Shown piece after piece: positions 11,316 to 26,100 of a stretch of 64,000 bases of DNA (the stretch's first letter is position 1; every line of letters starts with the position of its first letter). The translations under genes and the position numbers were made by a program. This stretch comes from Chiloscyllium plagiosum. Taxonomy: Eukaryota. The notes beneath the pieces were generated by a model. It ran no database searches and had not been told where the DNA came from. It worked only from the letters and a program-made list of their open reading frames with translations. The stretch spans positions 8,038,671-8,102,670 of the forward strand of contig NC_057724.1 of the NCBI RefSeq assembly GCF_004010195.1, given 5' to 3'.

Positions 11316-14135
11316 CTGTGAATGGAAAAGTAAAATGTTTAATAATTTCTGCTGGATGTTCACCCACTGTTAGCTGGAAAAGAAATCCAGTTTCCAATCC
11401 AATTTTTCTGCAGTTTGATCCAACACCTGGTGATTCATGTTATACTGAATAATGTTTAACATGTACGTTCACAAAGAGTATACACACATCCATACACTGT
11501 AATTGATTGTGTTATACACTGGCAGTGAGGCAGACTGAAGGAAATTGGGCATTGCATTGAAATTATCCCTGGTGAAATGACATTATTGCAATGCATTAAA
11601 TGTAAAAGGTCAGAGACAGTGTGAGATGAAGAGGTTTAGGAATGGAATTCCAACACTTAGCGTCAAGCCTGCTAAATACACAGACACCAATGGAGGAGTG
11701 ACAGAGGCAGCTCTCACCTTTTCCCACCCTCACTGCCCTCCCCTTACCATAAAGGCCCACAATTGCAGGGAGGATTAACTGAGGCTCTAGGCTTTGCCCA
11801 CACCTTATAATATTGCAGACTAGACACAAGCAGGTGGGAGAGCAGTGGGACAGCAGCTGAAGGGAGGTCATGGGCCCTCCTGCTGTAAAGCTGCTCCTGC
11901 TGGACTGTAGGAATCTGCTGTTTGTAACAACCTCAAAGAGCAATCTCTTAACTATTGTATTAGGGCTTTCGTACCCTGGGGGCACCCTTGTAATAATGTC
12001 ACAGAGCAGATCTTCATTGGGAAGAGATACCATAGTGTGAGTTGAATTAAGAAAGACAGAAATTCTGAGTGAATGAGGCAGAGCCCCAAAATCTAACATT
12101 GTTTACATTAGAAACACTTGCAGAGGAGCCCATGGAGTAGACTGACTAGCAATGGCATAGGGATCACAGAATAGTTTATCAATAGTCCTCTGGAACCTGT
12201 ATATTGCAGAGAAAAGGTACATTTTATCAAAACTTTTGTCTTGCATTCTTCAGAACATTTTGCAAGAATCCCAAATAATTCAAGGTGAGAAACAAAATTT
12301 ATGCGACATGAATGGTTGCTAAATTGAACTCCAATTGGCAGAGACGATGATATGAGGAATACTCCCAGTAATGCTGATTAGCAGTTAACTGCCAGGTTTT
12401 GATTAAAGGATTTGAAACTTTTCTTCATGGAGAGGAGAAGGCTCAGAGGAGATTTGATTGATGTTTTCAAAATCATAGGAGGTCTGGAATTCATTGACAA
12501 CGTTAAATAAAAAAAGTGAGATTGATCTTGAAAAACCTGTACTAAAATCAGGAAATGTTTTATCTGGATGTTACTAGAAAACTATTGAATCCCATCTCCC
12601 ATTGCTGCCACCTATTGTCACAGTCAGATAAATGTAAAGATCTGCAATGCAGAAGACATCATTCTGAATCTGAGAGCTAGATTTTGTAACAGTCCAAACT
12701 CCGACTGTGTAAGATACTTAAATAGTATATTAGATTAGATTAGATTACATTACAGTGTGGAAACAGGCTCTTCGGCCCAACAAGTCCCACCCGGAGGAAA
12801 CCCACGCAGACACGGGGAGAATGTGCAAACTCCACACAGTCAGTCGCCTGAGGCGGGAATTGAACCCGGATCTCTGGCGCTGCGAGGCAGCAGTGCTAAC
12901 CACTGTGCCACCGTGAATTGCTTGAGAATTTAATGCGCTCAAACTGACAAACTATGATCCATGAACTGTGACACAAATTACAGAACATAGTGGACCTTTC
13001 ATTTCACATTTGCTAAATTAAGAATACCTGCAATTTGCAAGATATTGTAATTATTTGCAAGCTGACATCTTCATATTTGTGCAATTATTTTAAAACAAAA
13101 AACAAAGAAAATTACAGCACAGGAACAGAGTCTTCGGCCCTCCAAGCCTGCGTTGATCCAGATCTTCTATCTAAACCTGTTGCCTATTTTCTAAGGATCT
13201 GTATCACTCTGCTCCCTGTCCATTCATGTATCTGTCTCTGTACATCTGAAATGATGCTATCATGCCCACATCTACCACCTCCGCTGGCAACGTGTTCCAC
13301 GCGCCCATCACCCTCTGCATAAAGAACTTTCCACACATATCTTTCTTAAACTTTTCCCCCTCAGCTTGAACTCGTGACCCCTAGTAATTGAGTCGAACAC
13401 TGTGAGAAAAAAGCTTCTTGTTATCCACCCTGTCAGTACCTCATGATTTTGTAGACCTCAATCAGGTCCCCCCCACCTCCACCTATCTAAAGAAAATAAT
13501 CCTAATCTACTCACCTCTCTTCATAGCTAGCACCTTCCAAAGCAGGCAACATCCTGATGAACGTCCTCTGTACCGTCTCCAAAGCATCCACATCCTTTTG
13601 ATAATGTGGCGACCTTAACTGTACACAGCATTTCAAATGTGGTCGAACCAAAGTTGTACAGGGGAACCTCGATTATCCGAACGTGATGGGTGAGCACTAT
13701 TTCGTTTGTATAATAGATTACTCGGTTAATCGATTAAATGCCTTTCCTCTGGGGGTTTGGAGTTAAAATCTTCCGTTCGGGAGACTGCAGCAGCACACAG
13801 CACGCGAGGCCCCCGCCCCTTACCCTGTTCAACACCGGCTCCCCCACAACTCCATGCAACACCGACCCCGCCTCCAGCACCGTCCAACACCTCCTCCCCA
13901 CCCGGAACCCCATCGAACACTACTGCCCACCCTAACCCTGTACAACACCAACCCCCACCCCAAGCCACATGCAACACTGCCCCCTGTCTCCAACCCCTTC
14001 CAAAACCGCCCCCCAACACCGCCCCCTGCCCACCCCAAATGCCATACACACCCACCCCCACGGGGCAGCTGGACTGGACACCAACAAGACTGCTGCTGCT
14101 GCAACTGCCTTTGTGGGGTAAGTCTCCAAATAGCT

Positions 14136-14166
<31 letters not shown>

Positions 14167-17100
14167 CTTTTTACTGCAACTAGTGGACAGGTTCCACCTT
14201 TACCCTGTACAGGACACTGTTGGAGAGATTATGTGGGGAAGGGGGTGTTCAGGGTACACCCCTGTGTAGAACTCCAGGGAAAGTATGGGGAGAGAGGGTG
14301 GGAGGCAGTCATTTGGAGATTGTGCCTGTTTAATTACTGTAAACAAAAGATGCGATCTCTGTTGGAAACACATCTTTGATGTAATGTTTCCATCAGGACC
14401 TCGAGATCTCCTTCAGATAATCTGACTTTCGGATAATTAGTATTCGGATAATCGAGGTTCCTCTGTATATAACTGTAACATGACCTGCCAAAATGCATCA
14501 TCTCACATTTGCCCAGATTGAACTCCATCTGCCATTTCTCTGCTGAACTCTCCAATCTATCTATATTCAGCTGCATTGTCTGACAGTCCCCTTCACTATC
14601 TACTCCTCCATTAATCTTAGTGCCATCTGCAAACTTGCTAATCAGGCCACCTATACCTTCCTCCAGATCATTTATGTATATCACAAACAACAGTGGTCCC
14701 AGCATGGATCCCTGTGGAACACCACTGGTCACAGTTCACCATTTTGAGAAACTACATTCCACTACTACTCTCTGTCTCCTGTTGCTCAGCCAGTTCTCTA
14801 TCAATCTAGCTAGTACACCCTGGACCCCATGCGACTTCACTTTTCCAATCAGCTTTACCATGGGGAATCCTATCAAACGCCTTACTGAAGTCTATGTATG
14901 TGACATCCACAGCACTTCCCTCATCAATCAACTTTGTCAGTTCCTCAAAGAATTCTATTAAGTTGGGACCTTCCCTGCACAAAACCATGCTGCCTATCAC
15001 ACATATGCTGATTTTTTTTTCAAATGGGAATAGATCATATCCCTCAGTATCTGCTCCAGCAGCTTCCCTACCACTGACATCAGGCTCATCAGTCTATAAT
15101 TACCTGAATTATCCCTGCTACCATTCTTAAACAAGGGGATAACATTAGCAATTCTGCAGTTTTCCAGGACCTCACCATGTTCAAGTATGCTGTAAAGATA
15201 TCTGTTAATGCCCTAGCTATTTTCTGTCTCGCTTCCCTCAGTAACCTGGGATAGATCTTATCTGGATTTGGGGACTTGTCCACCTTAATGCCTTTTAGAA
15301 TATCCAACACTTCCTCCCTCCTTATGCTGAACTTGACCTAGAGTAATCAAACATCTACCCCTAACCTCAAAGTCTGCCGTGTCCCTCTCCTCAATGAATA
15401 CCGACACAGAGTACTCATTAAGAATCTCACCCACTTTCTCTAACTCCACACATAACTTCCCTCCTTTGTCCTTCAGTGGGCCAACCCTTTCTCTAGTTAC
15501 CTTCTTGCTCCTTTTTCCGAATAAAAAGCCTTGGGATTGTCCTTAAATATTTGCTAAAGATATTCCATGACCCCTTTTAGCCCGCTTAACTAAAACCATT
15601 GTTTTAATTGTGTAAATGTTATAAGTTACACTTTTTTTGTAACACTGAAGTCTCCATAGTCCTATCAGACCATAGGGCTGCTCTCTCATTAGAGAGTGAG
15701 GTGACTGGTGGTGGTTTACCCTGAGGGTCACCATGCCTCAGACAAGGGGAGAGTTCCTGGAGGAGAGTTCTTCATGGTAACCTCAGCTGGAACGGGAATT
15801 GGCATCACTCAGCATCACCAACTCACCATCCAACCAACTGAGCTAACTGACCCACCTTGTTTTAGTTGTTTAATTAACACAATTCATATGTTTTGTGATG
15901 AACCCTTGGTACTTTCAGGTAAAGAGCCTTTGTAATTTTACTATTTTTCTTCACTCTGACCCTAACTGCTGTACATTCTTATGTTATATGTTCTGTCTCT
16001 CACTGTCACACTCTGCAGTTATCCTTACCTGATCCTTACACAGTGCAATAACACTGTGAATTATACCTCAGTGACGTCTTTGCGCACACAACCTCCAATG
16101 TACACCCATTACTCCAGCTTCAATCCCTAACCAAGATGGTATTCACAGTGAACTAAACTGAGCATGAGTGTAAGTAGAACAAAAGGATATCTTGACTTTG
16201 AAAGGATAAGCTGTGTGTTGAATCAATTGGAACTCCAAAGCCTAATTTTATGTTCTCTGTTCCTTAATCTTTAAAAGATTTCAAAACTGTCCCTCACCTG
16301 CCACAAGGTGGGGCCCTCAGCTTGGACAACTCTCACCATGGCCACAATGGGGATCCACATAATACAGAAGATGGTCATACACCAGCCCAGTGCTCCTGAC
16401 CAGACAGGGTATTCAACAGGTCCATATGTTGGAGGGGTGAGTGTTGCTAAGGACCAGATTAAGACTGCCTGAATGAAATGATACAAAACTAGATCAGAAA
16501 TAGAATGAGATTGACTATTTTCAGTTTAAATCATAATAATGTGAAACAGCTCCTTACCACCAGCAAACATGGAGAGATCAGAATCCAACAGATTCTCCAC
16601 CACAGCCAGAAGAGCCAATTCCTTTCCCCAATCATCATCTCAATGTCCTTGATGAATCTGTTTATCCCTATACACAACAAGGAAGCAGAGAGACACCATC
16701 ACTCGCTCTGTCCTGTCTTCAGGGCAGCTTGTTTACTATCGAAGTTCATCTTGTACTGGGTGGCCCACTAATGAACAGGTTTAAGCAGAAAAGGAGTCAC
16801 TTGGCATTTTAAGGATAAGGAAATTGAACCCTGTCACCAAATGATCAATCTTTCCCTCCCATTTTAGGAACAAGGGTCTGTCCATCCCAGCACAAATTGG
16901 AAACATGAGTTTTCCTGGAATGAGCTCTTTTGGGTGAAGAAGGTAATGTGGAATTTGAAACTCAAACAGATCAGTCATGACCGTATTGATAGTGGAGCAG
17001 GCTTGAGGGGCCGAATGGCCTATTTCTGCTGTTGCTCACATGTTTCTGTATTTAGGATTTGTTACAAACATTTCAGTTTCATATTTTACAAGTCCTTAGA

Positions 17101-20100
17101 GATGTTGATAGATCATGACATCATGGTAGAGGAAGCTGTTCAAGTTGGGAGAGGAAATGTGATTAACCTCAAGACTACTGCCTGTATCACTGACAAACAC
17201 ACTGGATAAATAAAACATTGGAGTTAAATGTGTGGCTCAGATTGGTGTGGGAGGTATAGGGTTCAGTTCATGGGACACTAGGATAGTACTGTGGTCAAAG
17301 GAAAGTGTACCATTGGGGTGGACATGCCTCAGTTGAACCACACTTGGGGTGGGGAAAGTGAATCATAGAGCTGTACAGCATGGAAACAGACCCTTCAGTC
17401 CAACCCGTCCATGCCAACCAGATATCCTAAATTAATCTAGTCCCATTTGTCAGCAGTTTGCACATATCCCTCAAATCAATTCCTATTTATATACCATCCA
17501 GATATCTTTCAAAATGTTACGATGTCGAAATGCAGGTGTTGGACTGGGTGGGCAAAATTAAAAATCACACAACACCAGGTCTGTTGGACTATAACTTGAT
17601 GTTGTGTGATTTTTAACTTTTAAAATGTTGTAATTGTACCAGCCTCCATCACTTCCTCTGGCAGCTTATTCCACACATGCACCACCCTCTGCAAGAAAAA
17701 GTAGCCCTTTAGGTCCCTTTTAAATCTTTCCCCCTCACCTTAAATCTATGCCCTCTAGTTTTGGACTCCGCTAGTCCAGGGAAAAGGCCATAGCTAAACA
17801 CCCTATCCGTGCTCTTCATGGTTTTATAACCTTCTATAAGGTTACCCCTCAGCCTCTAATGCTCGATGGAAAATAGCCTCAGCTTATTTAGCCTCTCCCC
17901 AAAGCTCAAACCCTCCAACCCTGGCAACATCCTTGTACATCTTTTCTGAAACATTTCAAGTTGCACAACATCCTTCCCATAGCAGGGACACCAAAACTGA
18001 ACACAGTATTCCAAAAGTGGCCTAACCGATGTCCTGTAAACTGCATTTAACAAAGAAGAGCACTTGAATTCTCGTCACCTTCTGATATAAAGAGCTATCT
18101 ACACCACGTCCAGCAGCTGATTCATTTGGTCTGATTTTATTAAAGAAACTACAAAGTGCTGTAATTTAATTGATTTTGTTTCAGTATTTTTCAAGATTCA
18201 CTGACCATAGATCCAGCTGAGACCGATGAGTTGCAGGAGAGCTGTTATAAAGAGAATCCAGTCTGTAGCGTAATGATCGATAAAATTTAACCAGTAAATC
18301 CCAGCCTAAAATTACATGGAAAATTCAAAAATATTACACAGGAAAATTATTAAGTACTCTTACTTTCAAATTCAGACTTTAAAGAGATTTGTAATATGAA
18401 GACCTATGGGTAAAAAAACATAATTCTAATTGAAGCAAAATCTTGCATATGATGGAAATCTGAAACAACCACAGAAAATATTGGAAAAACTTTCCAAGTC
18501 TGGCAGCACCTGTGCAGAGAGAAACTGAGTTACTGTTCCGAGTCTGGTATGACCCATTGTCAGAAATGTTCCAACACAATTCTAACTTGATGCTCAATAT
18601 TCGCTCATTCATTTATGTCTGGGCATCTATTACATTGCTGTTCTCTCTTCTATATTGATAACTGAATGTGATTTTCAAAAATGAGCCAGCAGAATTTACC
18701 TGCACTGTTCTAACTGTGATCTCACGTGGGTCAAATACTTTCTAGATTTAAACATGATCACCCTTTCTGTACATCTTAACCCTCTGTCTCCAGATTTAAC
18801 TGCCTGGGAACATTGGGGGGTATTTCCACAAATCCCATGAAAACAATGATTTCTCTCAGTATCCCAAAGTTCAGCAATATAACTTTGAGATCCACTACAA
18901 ACTAGGCAGGAGAATAGTTTCTTCAGACACAATGAGAGGTGTACCAAAGCCAAATTAGACCATGAATGTTTTGCTAAAGTGACAAAACATTACATTAGAA
19001 AATATCGTCAATATCAATATGATGAGTATTGGACAACGGAACTGCCAACACTTCAATAAAACAAATAACTGATGAAATTTTGGAAAATTATTATCGAAGT
19101 CTGGCTTGATGTGAATACAAGAGTTGCCAGATACACTTCAAGGGTTTTAGCCATACAGAGATGAAATTGACGTTTCTTAAGAGGCATGACTTTCAAAGAT
19201 AAACAGATGCTTATAGCTGAAGCTCTTTACCAAGCTATATTGCCACATTATACCAGGGGCATATGGGCATAGAGTGAAAAAAGGCATCTGAACAGCTCAC
19301 TCTGTAATGGTCATGGATCAACAGGAACACTGAGATGTCAGTGAGAATGTGTCAAAGTCACCCACCATATCAACAGAAAGAACCTCTCTACCCTTATAAG
19401 ATTGCATTGTAGCCTTGGCTGCAGTTTGTAACATTTATTTCCCATCACTGGTGACAATTTTCACAAAGTGACTGACTAATTTTCCAACCATCAGACATTG
19501 GAATGATAACTCAACTATACCCATAGCAGTTACCACGTATACAAAGCGTATTCCATTCAGTGATAACAAATGTGTTTGCTGAGAAATCTTATAACATAAT
19601 AAGCAGAATTGTGGTCCTGTTTCCCAGTCCTAGTGTGAGATTGGAATGTCTGAGAGCGAACTCAGAATCACAGCAACATGTCAATATGACAAGATCACTG
19701 CACAACATTAAACAGCTGCAAAAGGAAAGGACCAGAGCACAAGCTCTTGCTGTATTACTTCATCCCATGAATTTGATCAACTTTTAAGAGTTACTGAGTA
19801 CATGTGATAGCAGCTTAAATCACTGTTAAACAACCTACCTGTGTCACATATAGAAGGCCAAGCAGATAAAATAACGAACAAATGCCAGCTGTCAGAAGAA
19901 GGCGCTTTGATCGGAGCAATGTAGGGAACTGGTCCTGCAGGGCTGTCATAACTGTTTCTGATGAAGAAAATGTCAAATGAAGTGATTAATTAATAACTTG
20001 CACAATGACAGGACAAAACATCACTGGACACACCAAAGCCCTGGGAGTTTGGAGTAAAAGGTTTCTGCATCCATTTCTCTAGCCCTGAGTCATGTATTTT

Positions 20101-23100
20101 TTTCCCCAGTTGTGTTCCTGGTGCTCTAATGCAGAGGATAACTGCATCATCATTATCCTCCGATATCACGTAGGGTGTTTCAACATGAGTGAGTTTCAAC
20201 ATTAGTAAGTGAGTTTGCTGACCATCCTGTTCCCTGTGAGGCAGGTAAATAAAAGTCTCCATCTGTTTAACAACAGTATTTGTCTCAATTAAATGTGAAG
20301 GGATAAATTCTAGGCATGAGAGCAAAGAAAAGAGATGGAACATGAACATCAAGATTAAAACCACCATAATAGATATCAAACAGATTGCATTATGAAATTG
20401 TTCAGATGTCATGTGATTTTCTTTCCCCCGAATTTTACTTCAAAGCAGTTGCTAAACAATAAAACAAAGACATTAATTCTTCTTTCAGACAACGAGGAAA
20501 CAATTGCTACAAAGAAATATTATAGATTTATCCACTAACATCACCGACAGCACTTTTTTGCTCAATTCCGTCATTATTCCTTCAAAAGAAATCAGTTGTT
20601 TAAATGATGCAATGCCATTTTTACCTAAACCTCCAAATGATGTGTCAACTCCCAGAGTGAACAGCATGAAGAAAAATAAAACAGACCATAATGGTGCCCA
20701 CGGCAACTGTGCAAGGGCCTCTGGGTAGGCAATGAAGACCAAACCAAAACCTGAACAGTGAACAGAATTGATAAAGTACAATTAATGTTGCTGTAAACAG
20801 GTTATTGACTTAAAATCCATTTAATTTATTATTTCTTAATTTGTCAACATTTGCAAAATTGTTCATTTCACCAGACTGCAATGGTGTGCTGATATACATT
20901 TACAATATAAATCATTATAATTACATTATATAACCAATCACTCTCAATTAAGAATTTACAATATTTGAAAGCAGTGAACACTGAGTTCAGAGTGACGTTT
21001 ATATTCAAGGCAAAAAAAAAATCTCTCCAATATGTTGTTGAGACTGGCATTCTAAAGCAGGGTATAATGTTGGAGAATCGGGAATGAGAGAGAAATAATT
21101 GAACAGATAATTTAGCGCAGTGCGTTTCCTAAATTGTTAGGGGTTGCAAAGTGTAGATGCACAAACGGACCTCGGTAACTGTGTCGCTAAGTCACTGATG
21201 ATTAACATGTATGGACAGCAAGCTATTAGGAAGCCTTGTGGAATGTCAGCCTGTATAGCAAGAGAATTTGAGTAAAGCAATAGTGAAGTCTTGCTTCAAT
21301 TGTCTAAGAACTTGGTTACAGTTGAAAAGTGTGGCGCTGGAAAGAGCACAGCAGATCAGGCAGCGTCCAAGGAGCAGGAGAGTCAACATTTCGGTTAAAA
21401 GACCTTCATCATGAATATGGATGAGGAAGGAGACTGAGAAATAAATAGGGGGTGGGAGTATGGCAGGTGGAAAGGTGATATATGAATGCCCATAGAGATG
21501 ATTATGATAGTTTGTTGGGAAGGATGGAGTGGATAGATGGGATGGAAGATGGGCAGGTAAGACAGGACAAGATGGCAGTGCCAAGATGAAAGGTTGGATC
21601 TGGGATGGCAGAATGGGGTGGGCAGATTTGGAAACTGGTGAAGTCAATATTGATGCCACGTGGTTGGAGGGCCCTGCGGCGAAAGATGATGTGTCCTTCC
21701 TCCAGTTGGCAGGTGGCTTTGATTTGGTGGTGGAGGGGGTCAAGGATTTGCATGTCCTCAGGGGAGTGGGAAGGGGAGTTGAAGTGTTTGGCCACAGAGA
21801 GGTGAGGTTGTTTGGTGTGTGTGAAGCAGAAATGTTCCCTGAACTATTCCGTGTGTTGGCACTCGGTCTCCCTAATGTAAAGGAGACCACATCGAGAGCA
21901 ATGGATGAGGTTCGAGGGTGTGCAGTAAAATCTCTGCCGGATTTGAAATTATCCTTTATTGCCTTGGACGAAGGTGAGGTGGAGGTGTGGGTGCAGGTTT
22001 TGCACCTCGTGCAGTGGCAAGGGAAGGTGTTGGGTGCAGGGGGTGGGTTGGTGGAAATTGTGGACCTAACAAGGGAGTCCCGGATGGAATGGTATCTGTA
22101 GAACGCAGATTGAGGTGGGGAGGGAAATATATCTCTGGTGGTGGGGTGTGAATGTAGGTGGCAAAAATGGTGGAGAACAACGCACTGTATCTAGAGATTC
22201 ATGGGGTGGAACGTGAGGACTTGGGGGTTCAATTCTTTTGCGGTTGGGGGGATAGGGTTCAAGGATGGAGGTGCGGTAAGTGGAGGAGAGCTTGGTTAGA
22301 CTACACCTGGAATATTGTGTACAGTTTGGTCTCCTTTTCTCAGGAAAGATATCATTGCCATAGAAGGACTGCAATTAAAGTTCACTAGACATGTTCCCAG
22401 GTTGGCACAACTATCCAATGAAGAAAGATTGTGAAAACTGGATCTATAGTCTCTAGGATTTTGAAGAATGAGAGGTCATCACTTTGAAACTTACAAAATA
22501 GTTAAAGAGAATGTTCTGAATTTGAAGCCGTGTGATGTACCTTTAAGAGAGAGTGAAAGCTGTTTTGTACTGAAAGCTTGCAGGCACCTGTCATGTGACT
22601 GATTAGCAGTCTCAGAGTGTATTGGAAAATTGAAAATATGTAACATTTGGCTGTAAACTAGATACTTCAGTTGTTTTGACCACAATTCAAATCTAACCAA
22701 TCAATTTAAATTATGCCCCAGGATACTAAAACCCAACAGAATTTGAATTTAATGCTTTTGCCAACCTCGAACCAATGAGACGATCCAATGCTTGGGGCAT
22801 AAAGAAGCAGATATTTTGACAGACAGAGAGAGACCAAGTGCCATCGGCAGACTAACTGCCAGCATCACACTCTCTATCAAAGGCACCTTTTTCACATGAA
22901 ACATCTTTGCAGCAAAAGACTGAAGATGACCCAGGGAGAGCTACAGCCAGAGGAAGACAGACACTGAAAACAACAGCCGCTGTCTGGTTTTGAAATTAAA
23001 TTGATGCAATTTTAATATGAGTTTTTATGGGAACAGTATATAGTTATACAGTGTGATGTAGATAACAAACATTTAAGAGAAAGGAGGATTAGAGGTGCAA

Positions 23101-26100
23101 ATAGTTGTTGTTTAATGTTCATTTTTAGAGTTAAAGAATAAATTGATTTTTTTTCTTTAAACAGTGAAATTTGAGAGTTCTTTGTCTCTCATATTTTAAC
23201 AGATTATGGGGCGAGGTGAGTTCTTCTGGCTGTTTGGTTTAATTAGCAGAAGAGTTCACCGCAGTGTTGTAACAAGAATGACAGGGTAGCTGCAAAGAAG
23301 ATGTTTCCTGTGCCTGCAGAATCTAAAACCAGGGACCACAATTTAAAAACGAACGGGGATGTCACTTCGGGCCAAGATGAGGAGAAATCAGTTTACTCGG
23401 GGGTTGAAACATTCTCCACTTCAGAGGGCTGTGAAAGCTCAGTCTTTGAGTAAATTTAAGACAGAGATTGATATAATTTGGGGCGGGGGGGGGGGGGGGG
23501 GGAACGGTGTGGGTTGGGTGTTGCTCTAGTGGTATTATCACTGACCTGTTAATACAGAGACGCACATTATTCTGGGCACCTGGAATCAAATCTCACCATG
23601 ACAGATGGTACATTTTGAATTCAATAACAATCTAGAATTAAGAGACTAATGATGACCATGAATCCATTGTCAATTATCATTAAAAAAAACTATGTTTCTC
23701 TCACATCCTTTAGGGAATGAAACTGCCAACCTAATCTGTCCTACATGTGACTCCAGACCCAAGCCAGTCTTAACTGCCCTCGAGGTAATTAGGGATTGGT
23801 AATAAATGCTGGCCTAGCCAATGACACTCTCATCTCATAAATATATCTTGAGAAAAAGATTTCCAGTGATGTACAGAGGCAGAGAATGGAATGAGTAAAC
23901 GGCACTGATCATTCAGGATTATATGGACATTGGGAGAACGTGCAAAACCCACACAGCCAGACAGTCACCTAAGGCTGGATTCAAACCCAGGTCCCTAATG
24001 CTGAAATGGAGCAGTGCTAACCACTGAGCCACTGTGCAGCCCTCGTCATTATTACTTACTTATTACAGCATCATCAACAGATATAACTGTTGCTCTTTGG
24101 AGGGTCAGTGTGGAGTTGTTGGGCCGAAGGGCCTGTTTCCACACTGTAGGGAATCTAATCTAATATAACTGGCATTGCACAGAATGTTCATATGAAACTG
24201 GTTTTTCACATGAAAAACTTTCTGGAAAATGTGCTTTCAACAATTTATGATTTGAGACCACAATACAGTACTTTAATTGATGTCATAAATAAACAAAATT
24301 GCTTCAGATTAAAAGTATAAGTTGACATTTTAGAATTCATTCAAATTTTCTTCATAAAAAATTAAACATGGTTCATATAAAATGTAACTCTAAGTTAAAT
24401 AACAGATCTTATACTGGACTATAATGTTAATTTATTGCTTTGATATTGCTGTTTCTGCGATTATTTCAAAAGCTCACTTTAAAGAGCTAAGGTTCAATCC
24501 CCAGGCATTCCATTGCATTATTCAGCTTCAATCCCTGTCCAGTATAAATCAAACATCATGGCAATAGGTGTTGCTCTTCAGAGCCTGGTTATCAATTTGG
24601 ATCTGAGGATTGATCATTGTGCCTAGATACTTGAACGTCAGGTTGATTCACTTCAGACAGCGCATTAAAGCTGTCTGACCCTGAATATTTAGAACAGCTC
24701 TAATTACCTGACTGTGCAACCTCTGAAACAGGCTTGNNNNNNNNNNNNNNNNNNNNNNNNNNNNNNNNNNNNNNNNNNNNNNNNNNNNNNNNNNNNNNNN
24801 NNNNNNNNNNNNNNNNNNNNNNNNNNNNNNNNNNNNNNNNNNNNNNNNNNNNNNNNNNNNNNNNNNNNNNNNNNNNNNNNNNNNNNNNNNNNNNNNNNNN
24901 NNNNNNNNNNNNNNNNNNNNNNNNNNNNNNNNNNNNNNNNNNNNNNNNNNNNNNNNNNNNNNNNNNNNNNNNNNNNNNNNNNNNNNNNNNNNNNNNNNNN
25001 NNNNNNNNNNNNNNNNNNNNNNNNNNNNNNNNNNNNNNNNNNNNNNNNNNNNNNNNNNNNNNNNNNNNNNNNNNNNNNNNNNNNNNNNNNNNNNNNNNNN
25101 NNNNNNNNNNNNNNNNNNNNNNNNNNNNNNNNNNNNNNNNNNNNNNNNNNNNNNNNNNNNNNNNNNNNNNNNNNNNNNNNNNNNNNNNNNNNNNNNNNNN
25201 NNNNNNNNNNNNNNNNNNNNNNNNNNNNNNNNNNNNAGTTTGGCCACAATGAGTCCGAGTAAAATTGAAGGGAATGGAAACCGACAGCAGGGTGGGGAAC
25301 GGAGGGGTGAGAACTTTCCACTGGCTGGAGTCAGAGCAAGCACGAAGGAAATTAGTTGTGGTGACTAGGAACTGAGCAACTCATCCCCAGGACATCTCTG
25401 TTGGAGTTGCTCACGATCAGGTTCGTAGCCCAGCCACCTTCAGCTGCTTTATCAAATGTTTTCACTCCATCATAATGTCAGAAATGGGGATGTTTGCTGA
25501 AGGTTGCACAAAGTTCAATACCATTTTCCCAACTCCTAGGACAGTGAAGCAGTTCATGCCCATATTCAGTAAGACTTGGTAACATTTAAGCTTGAGCTAA
25601 GCAAACTTCACAGCATACAAGTACCAAATAATGACCATATAATCCCTACAGTGTGGAAACAGGCCGTTTGGCCCAACAAGTCCATACCAATCCTCCAAAG
25701 AGCATCCCAGCCAGACTCACCACCATTCCTTACCCTATGCCAGTAATCCTGCATTTCCCATGGCTAATCCACCTAGCCAGCACCTCCCTGGACACTATGG
25801 ACAATTTAGGGTGGCCAATCAACCCAACCTGCAGATCTTTGGCTGTGGGAGGAAACTGGAGCACCCAGGAAATACACGCAGACACGGGGAGAATGTGCAA
25901 GCTCCACACAGACAGCCCCAATGATGGAATCAAACCTGGGTCCCTGGTGCTGTGAGGCAGCAGTGCTAAACACTGAGCCACTGATGCTGACCATCTCCAA
26001 TGAATGAGAATCCAGCCACCTTCCTGCGGCATTTATTCATCCTCGGGGTTACCACTGACTAGAAACCTCAATGGAACATCCATATAAATATTGTGGCTAC

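Noticed and set aside
13726-14269. Pro-rich and Gly-rich ORFs in several frames
   Set aside because: Low-complexity C-rich interior of a MITE; no domain or splice support.
21529-22101. 190-aa + strand ORF
   Set aside because: Antisense frame of a Penelope GIY-YIG fragment.
24648-25343. ORFs of 170-230 aa
   Set aside because: Artefacts of the 500-N gap.
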